This document shows, piece after piece, positions 63,269 through 64,000 of a DNA stretch of 64,000 nt. A model generated the notes under the pieces. It was not told the origin of the DNA. It ran no database searches and worked only from the letters and a program-made list of their open reading frames with translations. The stretch lies in contig CDPCPM010000059.1 of NCBI GenBank assembly GCA_976551045.1, positions 6,386,001-6,450,000 on the forward strand. Reading direction: 5' to 3'. Within the stretch, counting starts at the first letter, position 1. The number at the start of each line of letters is the position of its first letter. The stretch is from Glaucostegus cemiculus (lineage: Eukaryota). The translations under genes were made by a program, and so were the position numbers.

Positions 63269-64000
63269 CTCTTCCTCCTCTCAGACATAAACAATGAGAT
63301 AATGCATTTGCGACAGAAGCTCTTCACTGCCAACTGGTGGGGATACCAATTGCTCCTGAGACATAGTTTATTTTTTAATTGGGATATGGCCTTCCCGACT
63401 TGTGATTTGTCAGGAGTATTGGCAAGGCTGGATCCAATGGACTCCTGTGATAGGGAGGCAAGGGCACTTACATCAAAGACAAAGTCACTGTTGTGTCTTT
63501 GAAAACTACACCTCAGTTATTGATTCTCATTGGGTTCAGGCCTTGGGTGTTTGGACCATTGACAGTCTTTATGTGGCTGTTGGTGAGTAATTGGACCTCC
63601 TGCACCCCCTAAAACTAAACAGTTTCAGACACCTCTGGTCACAAACAAAAGCAGAAAATACTGGAAATTATTATAGGGTGTATTGACTACTTCAATAGTC
63701 TTATCACAGTGGGGTAGAAGCTGTCCTTAAGTCTGACCTGGGTGAGCAGGCATGAATCTCCTTGATGCCCATACTGATATGATGTCGACAACCAGCTCTA
63801 CCACAAGTTGTGAATTACTTCTATAACCACTCAAGTTTTTGGGTATTTTGGGAATGACATGTTTCAGAATATAGGTCCAAAGCAAACAATTCTAGAGCTC
63901 CTTCAAAATGAAGGAAGCATTTGCATTTAACAATGAAGCATGTAATTTTGAAGAGTAACAGAAACCCTGTAAATTAAATACTTGTGATACATCGTACAAC

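Overview
This is eukaryotic, repeat-dense, non-coding DNA. The repeat families (HER1/CR1 LINEs, HE1-type V-SINEs, SacSINE1-like Deu-SINEs, Rex1/Babar LINEs, Penelope-like elements) point to a cartilaginous fish, probably a shark or ray; this assignment is inference. I found no intact host protein-coding gene, rRNA, tRNA or CRISPR array. Almost every recognisable ORF in the track is a retroelement fragment. Main components: (1) a near-full-length but disrupted CR1 LINE (~15.2-19.5 kb) and many truncated CR1, L2, Rex1/Babar and RTE copies; (2) an old Gypsy pol fossil split by three later insertions (38.1-41.4 kb); (3) a TA-flanked pogo/Tigger-like MITE; (4) several Penelope-like elements in fold-back form with minimal hammerhead ribozyme motifs, one bounded by a perfect 17-bp target-site duplication (TSD); (5) a non-autonomous element with a GC-rich VNTR and a Rex1/Babar 3' tail, resembling SVA in architecture; (6) a near-perfect 73-nt palindrome; (7) a few TE-free islands that look like conserved enhancers. 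Family names come from recalled consensus motifs, not from a database search. Boundaries are approximate unless a TSD or TIR is quoted.
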